Below are positions 41,312 through 43,786 of a stretch of 43,786 nt of DNA, in pieces. The notes below the pieces were generated by a model. The model ran no database searches. It was not told where the DNA came from and saw nothing but the letters and a program-made list of their open reading frames with translations. The DNA is from Bacteroidales bacterium. Its GTDB lineage: Bacteria; Bacteroidota; Bacteroidia; Bacteroidales; B18-G4. How positions within the stretch are numbered: position 1 is the stretch's first letter; every line of letters starts with the position of its first letter. The stretch spans positions 1 to 43,786 of the forward strand of contig JAUWGC010000002.1 in NCBI GenBank assembly GCA_030606625.1. Reading direction: 5' to 3'. A program made the translations under genes and the position numbers.

Positions 41312-42352
41312 ATGAAAAAACATAAGCTGTTAAGCATTCTGCAAATGATGATCTTCAGCATTGCCGTTGCTTCTATGGTTAGTTCATGCACATGGGACAA
41401 ATCAGGCAAAAAAAGATCCACAGGAAAGACAAATGAGATACTTATAGTCACCAATAATCAGAAACAGTGGGAAAGTCCGGTTGGAGAAACCATCCGGGAA
41501 TTTTTCGAACAGGACATGATTGGATTGCCCCAGCCTGAAGCTATTTTCTACCTGTTCAATATTCCGGAGTCAGCAATGAATAAAATCTTCAGGCGGATAC
41601 ATAATATATTTATTGTTGATATCAATCCTGACATTTCCAAACCACTTATTGAAATAAAACGCAACCTGTGGTCCAGGCCCCAGATGGTCATCAAGATAAC
41701 CGCACCGGATGAAGGTATTTTTATTTCATTGTTCCTGGAAAACAGGGAAAGGTTTCTGAAACTATATAATGACCTGGAAATTCAAAGAACAAATGAATAC
41801 TTCTCAATGGCTAAAAGTTTTTCCCTGACAAGGAAATTGAAAAATAAATTCGACATTTCTCTTGACATCCCCGGTGGTTTTGCAATCGCCTATGAAGATA
41901 AGGATTTTATCTGGCTGCGCCAGACCATGCATAAAGCAAAACAGGATGCTGAACTGGGTATCATGGTGTATACTTATAATTATAATGACACCTCGGCATT
42001 CAGTCCGGAGAATATCATAACAGTCAGGGATTCAATAACAAAAAGGCATGTACCCGGACCAACTAAAGGATCCTTCATGATTGTTTCAGATCAATTCCTT
42101 ACGCCTGTGTTCACAAGGACAAGTGATTTTTCTACTGATCTAGCTGTTGAAACAAGAGGATTGTGGAAGGTCGTTAATGACTTTATGGGCGGTCCCTTTA
42201 TCAGTTACACTTTTGTGGATCCCGAACATGAGCGTGTGATAACACTTGACGGATACGTTTACAATCCCAATGGGTTAAAAAGGAATTTTGTAAGACAGCT
42301 TGAAGCTATCTTTAATACACTGAAATTTGAAGAAAAATCCGGAGATATTTGA
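41312..42352 (+). CDS. DUF4837-like lipoprotein
   Basis: It has a lipoprotein signal (MVSSC). Its length (346 aa) and the N-terminal pattern GKTNEILIVTNN..W.S.VGE.IREFF......LPQPE..F are recalled from DUF4837 family members. Confidence 0.45.
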   Translation: MKKHKLLSILQMMIFSIAVASMVSSCTWDKSGKKRSTGKTNEILIVTNNQKQWESPVGETIREFFEQDMIGLPQPEAIFYLFNIPESAMNKIFRRIHNIFIVDINPDISKPLIEIKRNLWSRPQMVIKITAPDEGIFISLFLENRERFLKLYNDLEIQRTNEYFSMAKSFSLTRKLKNKFDISLDIPGGFAIAYEDKDFIWLRQTMHKAKQDAELGIMVYTYNYNDTSAFSPENIITVRDSITKRHVPGPTKGSFMIVSDQFLTPVFTRTSDFSTDLAVETRGLWKVVNDFMGGPFISYTFVDPEHERVITLDGYVYNPNGLKRNFVRQLEAIFNTLKFEEKSGDI

Positions 42353-42403
42353 TTCTTAAAATATTCCACCTTTGACTTTACGGACAGACACTACTTAATC
42401 ATG

Positions 42404-42814
42404 TTATTCCTTTACATAAATAATAGTGATCGTGCCAATCCCGGTTTTATTAATACTTACCAGTTTACCATCTTTCAATTCACCCAGCTTGTTTGGTTCT
42501 TTTATTGAACTTCCGTCCATCTTGATGTAAACCGATTGATCATCATCCCGAAATTCCCAGGTTCCATCATGTGCTTCACCGGTAGAAACAATCTTCACCG
42601 TATTATCTTCAAGAAAATCGAAATAAACAGATTTATACACATCAATGACCTTTTCCATAACTTCAGGTTTGACGGCATTTGTATCTGAATCAGTTTCAAC
42701 TTTCTCTACTTTCCAAGTGCCAACAATCCGGCTTTCAGGTGATCTGGAACAGGCAGCAATAATCATTACGCCAATAGATATAAACAGAATGTAAACATGA
42801 AGAGTTCTTTTCAT
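42404..42814 (-). CDS. Small lipoprotein, lipocalin-like fold suspected
   Basis: It has a lipobox (IIAAC), and GTWKVEKVE...DGTWEF... is typical of lipocalin-like domains of unknown function in Bacteroidota. Confidence 0.4.
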   Translation of the reverse strand: MKRTLHVYILFISIGVMIIAACSRSPESRIVGTWKVEKVETDSDTNAVKPEVMEKVIDVYKSVYFDFLEDNTVKIVSTGEAHDGTWEFRDDDQSVYIKMDGSSIKEPNKLGELKDGKLVSINKTGIGTITIIYVKE

Positions 42815-42906
42815 TGTATAAGGATTATAGGATTAAAAACAGCGTAAAATTATAAAATCTTTCAGTTAAAACGGTATTCGTCCCTTGATATTTTTATTAT
42901 CATGAA

Positions 42907-42997
42907 GTAGTTAGTAGGTAGTTGTTAGTATTTAGCTGTTAGTGGTGAGAGGTGAATGGAATTTTCAATTCACGATTCACGACCTGTCGGCAGGCAG
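42907..42997. repeat. Phased heptamer tract of 13 units (GTWGTTA-like, GNGGTGA, TCACGAY, then GC-rich units) abutting the tRNA-like element
   Basis: The units read gtagtta gtaggta gttgtta gtattta gctgtta gtggtga gaggtga atggaat tttcaat tcacgat tcacgac ctgtcgg caggcag. The tract shares attcacgattcacga with 9387..9508. Confidence 0.7.
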
Positions 42998-43033
42998 GCC
43001 CACACCCACTCTGGAGTATAGCCCCGCTTGCTG

Positions 43034-43107
43034 CGGGATAAACTCCGTTCGTTTAGCGCGTCCCACCTGTGGTGGGAAGGTCGCAGGTTCAAATCCTACT
43101 ACCCCGA
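43034..43107 (+). other. Degenerate tRNA-like element (74-nt register, tRNA-Thr(UGU)-like), part of a larger three-hairpin structure spanning 43011..43107
   Basis: The T arm is gcagg-TTCAAAT-cctac with one C-A mismatch, preceded by aggtc (variable-loop-like). The anticodon-like arm is tccca-ccTGTgg-tggga. The acceptor pairs cgggata with taccccg at 6 of 7 positions. The D arm is unpaired and U33 is replaced by C, so this is not a canonical tRNA. Confidence 0.3.
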
Positions 43108-43224
43108 CAATCCAAAAAGCCTTTCACGAAAGCGTATAAAAATGAAATCTGTCTTTTCTGTTAACCATGTGGTTTGCAAAGTGTTATTCCGTGCTATCTG
43201 GTTATCTGGTTAGTATTCAGCAAA

Positions 43225-43575
43225 TTATAAAGTCTCGCACTTCCTTTTTAAATAATAATTGAGTGCATTTTCTACATATGTTTCATCTGTAAAAATAATT
43301 TCGATACCTGTTTTTTTTAAATCTGGTATTATTCGTTCGTCAATTATTAATAAAATTACTACGTCACAATCCTTAATTATATTTAAAATATCAGGATATC
43401 TGTCGGGTTTATGCAAAGCATTATTTAATACTTTTTCCTTAGCGGTAAATTTATTTGTACGAAATTCCTGGCTCTTTATCTTGCTTCCTTCAATCTCGAA
43501 AATTGCGAAACCTTTGTTATTAAAAAATTGAGTTGAGATGGTTTCCCAATCATTAGTTGGAATTGCTATTTTCAT
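43225..43575 (-). CDS. NifB/NifX-family (dinitrogenase iron-molybdenum cofactor biosynthesis domain-like) small protein
   Basis: 116 aa with the pattern MKIAIPTND...IS..F.....FAIFEI... and ...CDVVILLIID..... This is typical of stand-alone NifX/NifB-like domain proteins in anaerobes. Confidence 0.4.
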   Translation of the reverse strand: MKIAIPTNDWETISTQFFNNKGFAIFEIEGSKIKSQEFRTNKFTAKEKVLNNALHKPDRYPDILNIIKDCDVVILLIIDERIIPDLKKTGIEIIFTDETYVENALNYYLKRKCETL

Positions 43576-43649
43576 TTTTTAACTCTTCTTTCAAGCAAGT
43601 ATGATACAATATAATATTTCGTATGTCAGAAAATTTGGCGTAATTAATT

Positions 43650-43786
43650 TCAATAGTTAAGAATTTTTTCAACTTCATCCTTATCCATATCCATCAAATA
43701 TTGAATGCCGCTGATCTTGGCTGCGTCCTGAGTTAAGGCCCCGATATCATCACGAGCGATATACTCAAGAGCAAACTTTCGGGACC
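43650..43786 (-). CDS. 3' end of an unidentified CDS; 5' end lies outside the window
   Basis: The open frame reads SRKFALEYIARDDIGALTQDAAKISGIQYLMDMDKDEVEKILNY then TGA (43650-43652). I recognise no family. Confidence 0.3.
   Translation of the reverse strand, partial: SRKFALEYIARDDIGALTQDAAKISGIQYLMDMDKDEVEKILNY

Noticed and set aside
42850-43215. A tmRNA (ssrA) hypothesis for the 410-nt gene-free gap that contains a T-loop.
   Set aside because: No tag-peptide reading frame of the ...ALAA-stop type is present. There is no 5' GGGG acceptor strand complementary to the 3' end and no CCA-proximal pairing. The ORFs 42942..43139 and 43028..43213 are likewise rejected as artefacts of the structured or repeat DNA.
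43192-43215. A short repeat TATCTGGT TATCTGGT TAGTATT near the end of the NifX-like gene.
   Set aside because: The period is 8, not 7, and there are only two clean units. This is too weak to assign to the heptamer family or to any function.
42815-43224. A genomic-island boundary at the tRNA-like element.
   Set aside because: I found no integrase, transposase, phage gene or direct repeat of the tRNA 3' end anywhere in the window. The integration-scar idea therefore remains speculation inside the finding and is not called as a feature.

Overview
This is a 43.8-kb chromosomal fragment that looks like an anaerobic member of the Bacteroidota. The evidence is at least 7 proteins ending in T9SS type A sorting domains plus one type B end, TAnnTTTG-type promoter motifs, a DUF4837 lipoprotein, and ferredoxin-linked redox enzymes. 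All calls come from reading the ORF translations and the DNA by eye; no searches were run. Gene content falls into five groups. (1) Many secreted T9SS cargo proteins: BNR/Ycf48-like propellers, a GloVer-repeat protein, an FG-GAP/PKD protein, a putative glycoside hydrolase, and a PPAD/agmatine-deiminase-like enzyme. (2) Housekeeping genes: a PurF-like gene, a DEAD-box helicase, tatA, an MltD-like lytic transglycosylase, and an AraC/GyrI regulator. (3) A four-gene operon encoding REC-Hpt-REC, a TPR-YaiO outer-membrane barrel, a SPOR/TM/HEAT protein and a processive GT2. This looks like an uncharacterised synthase-dependent exopolysaccharide system. (4) A tightly overlapping six-gene operon joining a four-subunit 2-oxoacid:ferredoxin oxidoreductase to an HdrC/GltD-like NAD(P)H oxidoreductase and an HdrA-MvhD fusion, with no HdrB. 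This is a candidate flavin-based electron-bifurcating or Fd:NAD(P) module. (5) A decayed or minimal HipB/HipS-like locus with no kinase, and a two-component system divergent from a Cys-rich repeat protein. At the DNA level the most unusual signal is a family of phased heptanucleotide tandem-repeat tracts. These fill several intergenic regions, and one reaches into a coding region. One tract abuts a degenerate tRNA-like multi-hairpin element, and there is also an isolated 89-nt GC-rich hairpin. I saw no CRISPR array, transposase, integrase or rRNA.
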